A stretch of 64,000 nt of DNA from an uncultured Nitrososphaerota archaeon (lineage in GTDB: Archaea; Thermoproteota; Nitrososphaeria; Nitrososphaerales; CADDZS01): the NCBI GenBank assembly GCA_963799845.1, contig CAWCYI010000006.1:896001-960000 (forward strand). Reading direction: 5' to 3'. Positions 42,500 through 52,402 of this stretch are shown one piece after another. Each line of letters opens with the position of its first letter. Positions within the stretch are counted from its first letter, which is position 1. The position numbers and the translations under genes were made by a program. The notes beneath the pieces were generated by a model. It saw nothing but the letters and a program-made list of their open reading frames with translations, searched no databases and was not told where the DNA came from.

Positions 42500-44185
42500 A
42501 TGAATGCCGCACAACTCCTAGTGCGATGTTTGGAAAATGAGGGTGTCAAGTACGTCTTTGGAATACCCGGTGAGGAAAATATTCACATGGTCGATGCTTT
42601 CAATGGTTCGTCCATTCGTTTTATTCTAGTTCGTCACGAGCAAGCCGCTTCTTTCATGGCTGATATTTACGGCAGACTCACGGGACATGCTGCAGTGTGC
42701 ATTGCAACGTTAGGACCTGGAGCGCTCAATCTAGTGCTCGGCACGGCAGATGCGAACACTGACAGTGTTCCGCTCGTTGCAATAAGCGCGCAGGTAGGAC
42801 TGAATCGTATCTACAAAGAATCTCACCAAAGCGTTGACTTGGTAAGCCTGTTCAAACCGCTCACAAAGTGGTCTGACCTGATCCGATCAGCAGAGGCTAT
42901 TCCAGAGATGGTGCGCAGTGCCTTCAAGCAGGCCCAGACAGAACGACCTGGAGCTGTGTATCTGTCTCTCCCTGAGGATGTCGAAGCCCTCCCAGCCCCT
43001 GAAGGATCCCACCCGCTCGAGATCAATGTCGTTCGCGACTCCTCCCCATCGGCTTCCCAAATAGAGAGAGCCGCCAAGGTTCTAGGAGGTGCAAAAAGAC
43101 CAATCGTACTGGCTGGACATGGGGCTGTCCGTGATCATGCAAGTGAAGCACTTACACGCTTCTCTGAGCGTCTTGGAATACCTGTGGCAACGACCTTTAT
43201 GGGAAAGGGCGTTTTTCCAGACAATCAGCCAAATTCTCTGGGGGCCGCAGGATTCATGCGCCATGATTACGTGAATTTTGCATTCGATCAGGCTGACGTG
43301 ATTCTATGCGTCGGCTACGATCTGCAGGAATTCGATCCCGAGAGCATCAATCCAAAAGGGGACAAAGAAATTCTTCACATACATCGTTATCCAGCGGGAG
43401 TCGACGCTCATTATCATGTCGCCGTCGGTATACAAGGCAGCATTTCAGAGTCACTTGACATTCTTTCTCAACAAGTTAGGGCAACGACTGGATTGAATAC
43501 AACAGATATCAAGATTCGCAGCCTCCTTCGTGAAGAGCTAGACAAAGGAAGAAAAGACGACTCTTATCCGGTCAAGCCCCAACGAATCGTAGCAGACATC
43601 AGAGCAGCAATGGGCGAAGAAGATATCGTACTTGTTGATACGGGGGCTATCAAGATGTGGATGGCTCGTCTTTACCCCACTTACCGGCCGAACACATGTC
43701 TTATTTCCAATGGTCTCGCAACCATGGCCTTTTCGTTCCCAGGCGCAATTAGTGCGAAGCTTGCATTCCCTGATCGTAAAGTCCTGGCGGCGTCTGGTGA
43801 CGCTGGATTCCTCATGAACTCGCAGGAACTCGAGACAGCGATACGCGAAAAAATTCCTGTTGTAGTGTTGGTATGGGAAGACAGGAGCTATGGGCTGATC
43901 AAGTGGAAAATGGATCTTGAGTTAGGCCATCATTCGCTAGTTGACTTTGGTAACCCAGACTTCGTAAAGTTAGCCGAAAGCTACGGCGCCAATGGATACG
44001 CAATAAAACGAACAGAAGATTTGCTCCCCACTCTGCAAACAGCCCTTGTGGATAACACCGTCTCCGTAATCGCTTGTCCCGTTGATTATTCAGAAAATCT
44101 GGAGCTGACTGAGACGCTGGGAAAACTGGCGCCTCACTCTCTAGACATCGAGGGTTATTGCGAAAATGCGAGAAGTGGGATTTGA
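42500..44185 (+). CDS. acetolactate synthase large subunit-like TPP enzyme
   Basis: VFGIPGEEN, RHEQ, GPGALN, GDAGFLMN. Confidence 0.92.
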   Translation: MNAAQLLVRCLENEGVKYVFGIPGEENIHMVDAFNGSSIRFILVRHEQAASFMADIYGRLTGHAAVCIATLGPGALNLVLGTADANTDSVPLVAISAQVGLNRIYKESHQSVDLVSLFKPLTKWSDLIRSAEAIPEMVRSAFKQAQTERPGAVYLSLPEDVEALPAPEGSHPLEINVVRDSSPSASQIERAAKVLGGAKRPIVLAGHGAVRDHASEALTRFSERLGIPVATTFMGKGVFPDNQPNSLGAAGFMRHDYVNFAFDQADVILCVGYDLQEFDPESINPKGDKEILHIHRYPAGVDAHYHVAVGIQGSISESLDILSQQVRATTGLNTTDIKIRSLLREELDKGRKDDSYPVKPQRIVADIRAAMGEEDIVLVDTGAIKMWMARLYPTYRPNTCLISNGLATMAFSFPGAISAKLAFPDRKVLAASGDAGFLMNSQELETAIREKIPVVVLVWEDRSYGLIKWKMDLELGHHSLVDFGNPDFVKLAESYGANGYAIKRTEDLLPTLQTALVDNTVSVIACPVDYSENLELTETLGKLAPHSLDIEGYCENARSGI

Positions 44186-44206
44186 ACCCCAATTTACTAG
44201 TAAAAA
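44168..44206 (+). repeat. dispersed repeat copy overlapping the ALS stop codon
   Basis: GCGAGAAGTGGGATTTGAACCCCAATTTACTAGTAAAAA. Confidence 0.9.
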
Positions 44207-44353
44207 TCACTTCGAGATGTATAGCGATGTTGGGCTAGGAACTTTTCACTTCGTAAAGTCTCCATCTTTAGGGCATTCCTTTCAAGGCGTGCACTCCTAA
44301 GTCCTTGAATTCCAGGCCGGACTCGCAAAAAAAAAGAATGAACCCACTTACTG

Positions 44354-44758
44354 TTACATATTTGCGCGATTCCCGCCAAAGGGGTCGTCGATTACAAAGC
44401 GCCAAGTTCCGTCAGGCTGCTTTCTAACCACTTCTAGAGTATTGATTAAGTTGCGCACTTCTTTCCCGGTTTTGGGATCCATATCGATGGATGTAATTTT
44501 CATTCGAGTTGTGGCTATCGTACCATCTCCACTCATCACGGTTTTGATATCGTGAATGATGAATTTTGATTTCGAAGCGATGCCCTTCTCATTTTGTTTG
44601 CGAATTGCATCCTTTCCTTTGAGGAGCTCATCTGGTCCCGCGAAAAGCACGGCATCGGGCTCGTAAAGAGCCACAGACGTTTCAATGTCACCCTTCTCTA
44701 TTGCTTCAACAATCAGACGATCACAGTCCTCTGGTTTGTTTGCCGGGATAAATTTCAT
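44354..44758 (-). CDS. SnoaL/NTF2-like (YybH-type) protein
   Basis: LYEPDAVL...KGKDAIR...EVVRKQPDGTWRFVIDDP. Confidence 0.85.
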   Translation of the reverse strand: MKFIPANKPEDCDRLIVEAIEKGDIETSVALYEPDAVLFAGPDELLKGKDAIRKQNEKGIASKSKFIIHDIKTVMSGDGTIATTRMKITSIDMDPKTGKEVRNLINTLEVVRKQPDGTWRFVIDDPFGGNRANM

Positions 44759-44972
44759 GGCTTTCCTTCGATTTCGGCTTCGCTAAAAGAGTTAGCAAAA
44801 GCCCTTTAATTGTCCAGAACCGTCCCCGACGAAAACATCCCAATTAGGGATATCCGACCACTCGATTGCTAAAAATATTCGAGTGGCAGGACCCAACGGT
44901 TTTCTCAGTTTACCGGAGCTGCTGTCTGCACCTGCGGAGTTGTGGCTCTCGCTTTTGATTGCGGGGCAGAGG

Positions 44973-46577
44973 CTACTCGGGCGGAATCTCAGAGAATATC
45001 GTCCTAAGTGTGGTACCTGCCTTGTGAGCATTGTACCTGCCCCAGGCGAGTATCAGCAGGGCGATGAGGATGATTACCCCAACCTCCGCGTATGCATCAC
45101 CGAGGCTCGCTCCGAGGTAGGTTCCGCTCACCAGGGGCGATGTCTCGGAGATGACGTATATCGCAAATCCCGCCGCTCCCACGAAGCCAGCTACCGACAT
45201 CAACCAAGCGCCCTTCATTGATCCGTAGAGTCTTTTGTAGAGGCTGGGCCTTATGATCGGAAACAGGCCAGCAGCGAGGAGTGGCATGCCGAGCCCTATG
45301 GGGATCATGGTGGATGAATTCAGGATAGATGCAATCGCACCATATTCCCAGTATACTGTCAAGTACGCCCCAGAGAGCACACCGATGAGAATCGTCGCGA
45401 CGTGCGGCGAATGGAACCTGTCGCTCACATTCGCGAAGCTCTTCGGGAGAATCCTGTCCATGGAGGCCGCAAAGACCATTCGCGAGGAGAAAATAACGAG
45501 TCCCGTTGAGTTGATCATCCATCCCAGGAACAAGCCTATTCCAACTATCGCGCCGATGGCAGGGTCTTGCAGTGACAGAAGGAAATTGGGGAAAGGATCA
45601 ACGGGGAACGCGGTAGGGTGGACCCCCGCAACGTAGGCGAGAGAATTGAGAAATTGCGTAGTGAAACTGCTATAGACGAGGAAGGTCAGGATTTCAAGCG
45701 CGACTATCGTGGTTACCCAGGACAGTATGTATGCTCTATAGATGCTCGTCTTGACGTTCCTCGTCTCCCCCGCAGCGTATGAGCTGAAGTTGAAACCGAC
45801 GTAGGTAAGGAATCCCCACGGAATAGCGGCCAGGAGTGTGTTGGGCAGGCTGAACGCGGTCGCGGAATAGCCACCTGCGGTTGTGGTGGATAACACACTC
45901 TGATATGTGGTGTTGGAGCCCACGAAGGACATCGCGCTGTTGAAGCTCGTCGCGACGTCGGGTCTTGATAGGATGCCGACGCCGATAGCGAACAAGGTCA
46001 CAACGAGAAGGTACATGGGCACACTGATTCTGCAGAAGATGGAGTACGCCCGTATCCCTAGCAGGGCAATCAGTATTATCACAATAAGCACGACGAAGGA
46101 GAGCGGAAAGCCCCAGGCGGTTGAGGCGAGGTTCGTGGCCAGGCTCGTGAGACTGGCGCTCTTGATTGCCGCTCCCACGCCAAAGAACGACGGCCCAAGC
46201 CCTATGACGAACTGGTCCCAGAGGTTAAAGACATTGTAATAGACCAGAGCACCGATGAGGAACACGACCTGAATCGTGCCATAAATCGGACCCACGATAC
46301 GCGTCGACCAAACATAGTCTCCACCGCTTCGGGACATCCCTGCGCTGAGCTTCCCGTAGACATACGCCATGCACAGCGGAGGTATCCCACCCAAGGCGAA
46401 AACGGCGTACAGATTGGCGCCCGGGAAGAAGTAGGGCGCGAAGAGGACGGTCGTTACGAATCCGTTGATGATTAGGACGATCCCCTGCGAGATGAGTAAA
46501 TGGTCTCTAAAACCGAGTTCCCGCACCAGGCCCGTGGCATCCCTGGCGAAGACCTTCGTCTGAGTTGGTTGTGCCAA
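44973..46577 (-). CDS. APC-family amino acid permease
   Basis: FARDATGLVRE, SRSGGDYVW, SRMVFAASMD, FSEIPPE; about 12 TM. Confidence 0.92.
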   Translation of the reverse strand: MAQPTQTKVFARDATGLVRELGFRDHLLISQGIVLIINGFVTTVLFAPYFFPGANLYAVFALGGIPPLCMAYVYGKLSAGMSRSGGDYVWSTRIVGPIYGTIQVVFLIGALVYYNVFNLWDQFVIGLGPSFFGVGAAIKSASLTSLATNLASTAWGFPLSFVVLIVIILIALLGIRAYSIFCRISVPMYLLVVTLFAIGVGILSRPDVATSFNSAMSFVGSNTTYQSVLSTTTAGGYSATAFSLPNTLLAAIPWGFLTYVGFNFSSYAAGETRNVKTSIYRAYILSWVTTIVALEILTFLVYSSFTTQFLNSLAYVAGVHPTAFPVDPFPNFLLSLQDPAIGAIVGIGLFLGWMINSTGLVIFSSRMVFAASMDRILPKSFANVSDRFHSPHVATILIGVLSGAYLTVYWEYGAIASILNSSTMIPIGLGMPLLAAGLFPIIRPSLYKRLYGSMKGAWLMSVAGFVGAAGFAIYVISETSPLVSGTYLGASLGDAYAEVGVIILIALLILAWGRYNAHKAGTTLRTIFSEIPPE

Positions 46578-47153
46578 CTGGATAGCTCGAGTAGCGCGAA
46601 AGAGCCAGCTCGATAAAAGCCTTGTGGCCGATTGTAATTGTTAACTGGCCCGACCCTAAGTGTGCACTCCGTAAAAGCACCAATATCATACTAGAAATCT
46701 TTTCTAGCTTTCCGCGGCCTTAGAAGTGGTTTCTCTTTTGACTAGTTACTATGCGGCTTGAGCTGGGCTTCTGCTTCGCATTGATTAACACTTGCTGTCA
46801 CCGATATCTTGGCAACACATTGACGACACACTGAAATTCTAGCAAAGAACAGTGAAAGAGTCGGAACACTACGTCTGGTCGGTCTGAAATCGACCACGCG
46901 GCAATACAACATTGACGCCCTGCTTATTTCACGGTCATAGGAACGTCTATTTCCGCACCTTGATCATCTACTGCTCATCAGTCCGCGATGTTGCATGAGT
47001 CAGCGAGGATCCTCCTCAAGCCCTGATAGTTGGATCTGACCAAAAGTGCTAGTCTTCCACGTATTCAATAATAAGACTGCACCAATGGAAAATTCTCATT
47101 TATAGGGGCGAAACAGTCCCTTTGACGATAATAATCAGGCGTGATTAACAAGA

Positions 47154-48318
47154 TGAAGATCAGCGATGTCAGAACAATTCTTGCAGGAGGAACAGCTGGA
47201 CGAAACTGGCTTTTCGTCAAAGTTGAAACCTCTGACGGATTGGTTGGATACGGGGAATCTACACTTGAGAGTAGAGAACAAACAACTGAGACAGCTATTT
47301 TGGAATTAAAGCGATATCTTATTGGCAAAGATGCCACTGAAATCGAAAGACACTGGCAGGCCATGTATAGGGGGTCCTTTTGGCGCGGGGGCCTGTTCTA
47401 TGCAGCGCAATTTCGGGAGTGGACCAATGCCTATGGGATCTCTTGGGCAAAAGCTTAGGATGCCCCGTTTTCAAATTACTCGGGGGCCCTTGTCGTGACA
47501 AGGTCAAAACATACACTCATGTCGCAGGACTTACTCCCGAAGATCTGGCGGAAAATGCAAAACGGATGGTGAATAAAGGATTCAAGGCCCTGAAACTTCT
47601 GACAGACGGAGCCAACAGCTACGACATCATCTCAATCCCCAACAAAGTTGAGGTCATGGAACGCAGGCCTATCAAGCAAACTTTAGCTCGAGTGGAAGCA
47701 GTAAGAAATGCTGTTGGCGAGGGAGTTGATATAATGCTCGATGCACATGGAAGACTGGATCCGGCTACTGCCTCCATTCTCGCTTCTGAACTTGAGCCGT
47801 ATGATTTGCTATTCTTGGAAGAACCCGTTCCTCCTGACAGCCTTGGTGCTCTTCAACGCGTTGCGGAAAAAAGTAAAGTGCCTATCGCTGCTGGGGAAAG
47901 GTCCTACACCAAATTTGGATTCTGGGACCTCATCCAAAGTAGAGCTGTGGACGTCATCCAACCTGATTTATGCCACGCAGGTGGAATTACCGAATGCAAG
48001 AAAATTGCCTCTGTCGCTGAATGCAACTATATTTCAGTCTCACCCCACAACCCTAATAGCCCATTAGCAACTGCCGTTTCGCTTCATCTGGACTTTAGTA
48101 CGCCTAATTTTCTTATTCAAGAAATGATTCCGAACGAAATTGGCGCTCGAAAGGGCGTGCTAAAGAAACAACTGGAATTTGAGGATGGTTACTTGAAATT
48201 ACCAATGGGACCAGGATTCGGGGTAGAGCTAGATGAAGACTCTCTCTGGAATTATCCGTTTAAAGGGGAAGATCTTCCTCATGTATCTTATGATGATGGC
48301 TCGGTTGCCGATTGGTGA
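47154..48318 (+). pseudogene. dgoD: galactonate dehydratase-like enolase-superfamily enzyme, frameshifted near 47390
   Basis: WLFVKVETSDGLVGYGE, DAHGR, EEPV, GER, QPDLCHAGGI, PHNP. Confidence 0.85.
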
Positions 48319-48524
48319 TTATGACTTGAGTTCAATCAACAATACACGATTGAACTTGACTTAAGAGCTCGCTAGCCTGGCACCGCTGAAATTGAGTCTC
48401 AGAGTGACACTAACTGACAACTTAGAAACGAGTCCACTCGTAAGTGGAACAATGATTCTCATATCCTTGGTGATAAGGTACTTTTTGAAATAATTCCAAA
48501 GGAGGAGAATATATCGCCATCGAC

Positions 48525-48607
48525 TTCACTAGTAAAATCCACTTGCAGAATAATTCAGTGCGCGGAAAGTGGGATTTGAACTGCATTTTACTAGCGAGCC
48601 CTAACCA
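48525..48607 (+). repeat. dispersed repeat unit plus inverted-repeat arm
   Basis: TTCACTAGTAAAA...GTGGGATTTGAACTGCATTTTACTAGCGAGCCCTAACC. Confidence 0.8.
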
Positions 48608-48715
48608 CAACTTCCTCCCCCCCACTCATCCATCCGTACATACGTCCGAGCTCATCTGAGCGACAACTATCCCCTGAGCGACTGTAAGTGAGAACTCTCG
48701 GTCTTTTCTTGTTAA

Positions 48716-49321
48716 ATGAAAATAGTTTTCTTTTCGTTGGGAATGTATGGACTCGCGATGAGAATAAAAGTGGTATACGATTTCGTGTGGACTGATCGCG
48801 TTAAGAAAAATATGAAGTCAGAGCTCGATTCTATCCGCGAATGGTACGAATACAATTCGTTTGTGAGAAAGAAATACTTGCGACTTATTTTCAGCGAAAA
48901 AGTCCCCGAGGCAGAGAGGTACAGGAATAGGGGAGCTTCATATCCCTCCATTGTGGACATATTCGTTCATGTATTGGATGCTTACAGATGGTGGTTTGTC
49001 TATGTCTACAATAACCGGACGTCGGACGCGACGACGATGAGCGAGCAAAAGAAGTATACCGAGCTCGAGGTGGTCGACGACGAACGAAAGATCGACTCTT
49101 TGGTCATAGATATTGTGAGATCGATGACACCGACGGATCTGGAAAGAGTCCTCTCGGTTCATGAGGCACCTGATCAAACCTGGAGCATCAAGCTTCGGGA
49201 AATTCTCATGCACATGGTCGAGGAAGGACTACAGCACAGGGGGGAAATGAACGCGTTGCTGTGGCAGATAAACGTCGAGCCTCCTATCACTGAATTGCAA
49301 GATTATCTGAGGCAGCGCTAA
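48716..49321 (+). CDS. DinB-family protein (true start probably near 48812)
   Basis: SIVDIFVH...HMVEEGLQHRGE. Confidence 0.85.
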   Translation: MKIVFFSLGMYGLAMRIKVVYDFVWTDRVKKNMKSELDSIREWYEYNSFVRKKYLRLIFSEKVPEAERYRNRGASYPSIVDIFVHVLDAYRWWFVYVYNNRTSDATTMSEQKKYTELEVVDDERKIDSLVIDIVRSMTPTDLERVLSVHEAPDQTWSIKLREILMHMVEEGLQHRGEMNALLWQINVEPPITELQDYLRQR

Positions 49322-49380
49322 CAGATACGCGACCACAGTTTTGGAGGCTGACGGGCGAAATGCGGTGAGCTGAGCTTCAT

Positions 49381-49417
49381 GGGTTTGGGCTCGCTAGTAA
49401 ATCCCGAGTGCGAGATC
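49381..49417 (+). repeat. inverted-repeat arm plus repeat start
   Basis: GGGTTTGGGCTCGCTAGTAAATCCCGAGTGCGAGAT. Confidence 0.8.
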
Positions 49418-49563
49418 AATTCTTTGTGGGACGATCTTTAGCCATAGCCGAGAACTCCAATACTGGCTCTACGTCACAGGTTCAGTGACTTGCTAAAGAA
49501 CTATCGCTTTGACTTTTGCTGAAGCTGATTGAAAGTAATCGAAGTTTGCGTTAAGAGAATTCC

Positions 49564-50034
49564 TTGAATATCAGTATGAGTATGATCCTTACTATGAAGG
49601 AACGAGCTCGGAGAAGCAATTCTGGTTCGGCACTTCCAATAGTTCACACCAGAAATCTGGAGCAACCTCCATGGTGTTACTTGCTTTGGGGAGTACCTGC
49701 GCTTCTTGTGTTTGTCAGTTCATACGCATACGGTCACGCTTTTCTCACGGTAACTGAGGCAGGTATATTCTGGACTATCTCCGTAACATGGATTGGAATA
49801 GGGTGTTTTCTCAATGGTAGGTCTTGCGGCAGAGTCCATTGTCTGATCGATGGGATCGGATTTCCTGCGCTTGCTGTTATTGGTGCGTTTGGAGTTCTTT
49901 CAGTGCTAGCAATAAATTGGAGTCTGTTCTGGCTTGCATTCCTTGCGATCCTCGCTGCAAGTTTTGGCGCAGAGTTTGTCTGGGGAAGATATTCTACTAA
50001 GGTCTGGAATCAACATGCAGATCAAATGCGCTGA
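49564..50034 (+). CDS. four-TM membrane protein with C-x5-C-x4-C/His motif
   Basis: GCFLNGRSCGRVHC between TMs; possible metal binding. Confidence 0.6.
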   Translation: MNISMSMILTMKERARRSNSGSALPIVHTRNLEQPPWCYLLWGVPALLVFVSSYAYGHAFLTVTEAGIFWTISVTWIGIGCFLNGRSCGRVHCLIDGIGFPALAVIGAFGVLSVLAINWSLFWLAFLAILAASFGAEFVWGRYSTKVWNQHADQMR

Positions 50035-50046
50035 TTGTAACTGTCT

Positions 50047-50219
50047 TCCCACCGAGTGCGGGATGTGGGACCCCCGCACGAATTTACTAGTAAAAATGCA
50101 AACCCTCTGTAATCCTGCAAAACCAGAAGTCGGGCAGGAAACGGGATTTGTGCGCGAAGTTTACGAGCAAATCACGAGTACGTGAATGTGGGATTTGGGC
50201 ACGAATTTACTGGTAAAAA
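50047..50219 (+). repeat. cluster of three tandem repeat units
   Basis: palindrome variants at 50083, 50160 and 50206, each preceded by GGGA(T/C)...CGAA. Confidence 0.88.
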
Positions 50220-50924
50220 GTGATAGCAAAAATGTTGGGATCTTTCGGGATTCATCGAAGCGCTTATGACGATGAACATGGGGATTAGGTCCTTGTTGCT
50301 CTGCCTGCCTATATGGCTCTAGGCTTTCAACGCTTTTGTTTATTTTCTACCCTTTCGTTGAATAGGGTTTAACCATCAGAACCCCGTCCTCCAGAATTGC
50401 AGATGGCTTCCAAATTAGGCGCAGATTGCCCCTGTGGCTTCTCCTTCGCAACTCCACACGGCGAAGACGAAGCGATAGCCGTGGTACAGGAACATGTTCG
50501 GCGTATCCATTCGAAGGACTACCCCAACGGCCTCAGCAGGGACGAAGCAAAGAGCGAACTAAAGAGCAAGTAGCACAGGGGCCCACTGGCGGCAGGAGAA
50601 ATCTGTCTCATTTTCCTGTCGCGGTCCCCCTACCCCCTTTTTTTTCTCTTCAGGGCAATAATGCTCGCAACATGAAATAATGTCCTCTCGAAAATTGGCA
50701 GACCGCCGCTCAGTCAGCTTCAATTATTCCCACTCCAGAGTTTTCTCTAGGGAGCGTAATGGCCATGGTCCCACGCCTTTTTGCTCTCATCGCGTTTCTC
50801 ACAATCATGTCAAGGATTGCCCGAAGAAGTTCAATCTGAAACAATATGCAAGGGAGTCCAAGGCCCCAGCTTGAGTGTTCGGAGCCGAGATTTGATTCTT
50901 TTCAATAGCTTAGTCGCATTAGTG

Positions 50925-51226
50925 AATTCCATCTGCGGGATGGGGGGATTCGAACACGAATTTACTTGACGCGCATCAGTTGTTTGTAAAGTACCGTCGC
51001 CTAGACTGTATAGTGAAAGAAATTATCCTTTCCAATGAAGTAGTGGCGAGAGCGAAGTGCCTTATCCCTTACTAGTAAAATCAACTTTCAGAATGATCCC
51101 ACGCGCGGAATGTGGGACCCCCGCACGAATTTATTAGTAAAAATACATGTCAATTCACAGGATTTTTGAAAGATGAAACGTACAGATCAGGCGAGGTACG
51201 GGATTCGCGCACGTATTTACTAGTAA
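50925..51226 (+). repeat. cluster of four repeat units
   Basis: palindrome variants at 50961, 51069, 51130 and 51216. Confidence 0.88.
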
Positions 51227-51310
51227 CACTAAGAAAAGCTCGGGGTTCTTTACTCGTGATGGTGCGAAAGAGATATTATCTGAGACACCATCGACCACAA
51301 TGAAAGAATT

Positions 51311-51502
51311 ATGGCAAAGTACGAGTGCTGCGGACTGATGTACGACAATTCGGAAATTCTGACGTCTCACATGAGAAAAGATCACAACGTTCCTGCTTTT
51401 GACGTCTCGCTGGCTTGCTGTGAGATGACCTTCGTCAATTCAAAGCAGTTGAGCGACCACATGAAGGGCACTCATCACATAGACATGGCCGTGGAGATAT
51501 AA
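51311..51502 (+). CDS. small double zinc-finger-like protein
   Basis: two CC-x12-HxxxxH repeats. Confidence 0.7.
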   Translation: MAKYECCGLMYDNSEILTSHMRKDHNVPAFDVSLACCEMTFVNSKQLSDHMKGTHHIDMAVEI

Positions 51503-51514
51503 TCTCCGCTTCTA

Positions 51515-52285
51515 TTACCGGTGGGAAAGTTCTTCCTCTAATTTCGGCGGCCAGCGCGGAGAGGCCGCTTGCCACATCGAATTGAAAAGATCCAAGCACC
51601 ACTTTTGAAAGATCTGGTCATAACCAATAAAACCGGATCTCAAGTCCATCCGTCCTTCGGTATCCGGAAAAACCACTCCCGCCAGGCGTTCGTTTAAGGC
51701 AATTCCTACTTTCACTTCTTCGGCGAAGCGAAATTCCGGCCGGCCTCCCACAATTTCCCTGGCTCTTTGAACAGCTTCTGCGGTTGTAGATGCCGGCAAG
51801 AGGATTTTAACGAAGGTCTCCGAAGGTAGTTTCTTTGTATTGAACCAGGGAAGTGGTTCGTCGATGCTCCAGCAGAAATACTTCTCTGCAATGCCGAGCA
51901 GGTGCTGGCACTCCACAAGAACGTTTGTTACATGATCTTGAAATTTGCTTTCCGACAGCTGGCCGATCTGCATCAGGAGATCTTTGGGAAGAAATGAGAT
52001 GTCGTGGGTGAGGAAATACTTTCTGTATCGGGAAACGAAGCTAATAGAGGGCAATATATCGCTCGTCAGTTTTCCAAACGGGGTGAGACTGTAGGTTCCC
52101 CCAGAAGTCTTCTCGATGAGTTTGCAATCGGTCAAGCGAGTCAGATGCTTGGAAGTTTCCTGTACAGAAGAGCTCAAACGTGCGGCCAGGTCGGTGAGGC
52201 GTAAATCTTGCGATTTTATCTCGGAGAAGAGTTTCATTCGATCTTCGCTGGAAAGCGCGAAAAGCACCTCCTCCATTTCTTCCAT
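51515..52285 (-). CDS. ArsR-like winged-helix regulator with DUF1724-type C-terminus
   Basis: ALSSEDRMKL...SKHLTRL...YSLTPFG; WCLDLFNSMW. Confidence 0.8.
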   Translation of the reverse strand: MEEMEEVLFALSSEDRMKLFSEIKSQDLRLTDLAARLSSSVQETSKHLTRLTDCKLIEKTSGGTYSLTPFGKLTSDILPSISFVSRYRKYFLTHDISFLPKDLLMQIGQLSESKFQDHVTNVLVECQHLLGIAEKYFCWSIDEPLPWFNTKKLPSETFVKILLPASTTAEAVQRAREIVGGRPEFRFAEEVKVGIALNERLAGVVFPDTEGRMDLRSGFIGYDQIFQKWCLDLFNSMWQAASPRWPPKLEEELSHR

Positions 52286-52402
52286 TGATTGGATCTACCG
52301 GAATGAATTGGGAATTTTGTCTTTCAACGTTTTGGTTTAATTTCCCCTTTTTCGTTGAGGACAGTTTAACGTCACACCCGGAGCCTGTGCTATTGAAACA
52401 AA

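Noticed and set aside
50047-51226. CRISPR array
   Set aside because: The repeats are degenerate, spacing is irregular (about 45 to over 700 bp) and no cas genes are present.
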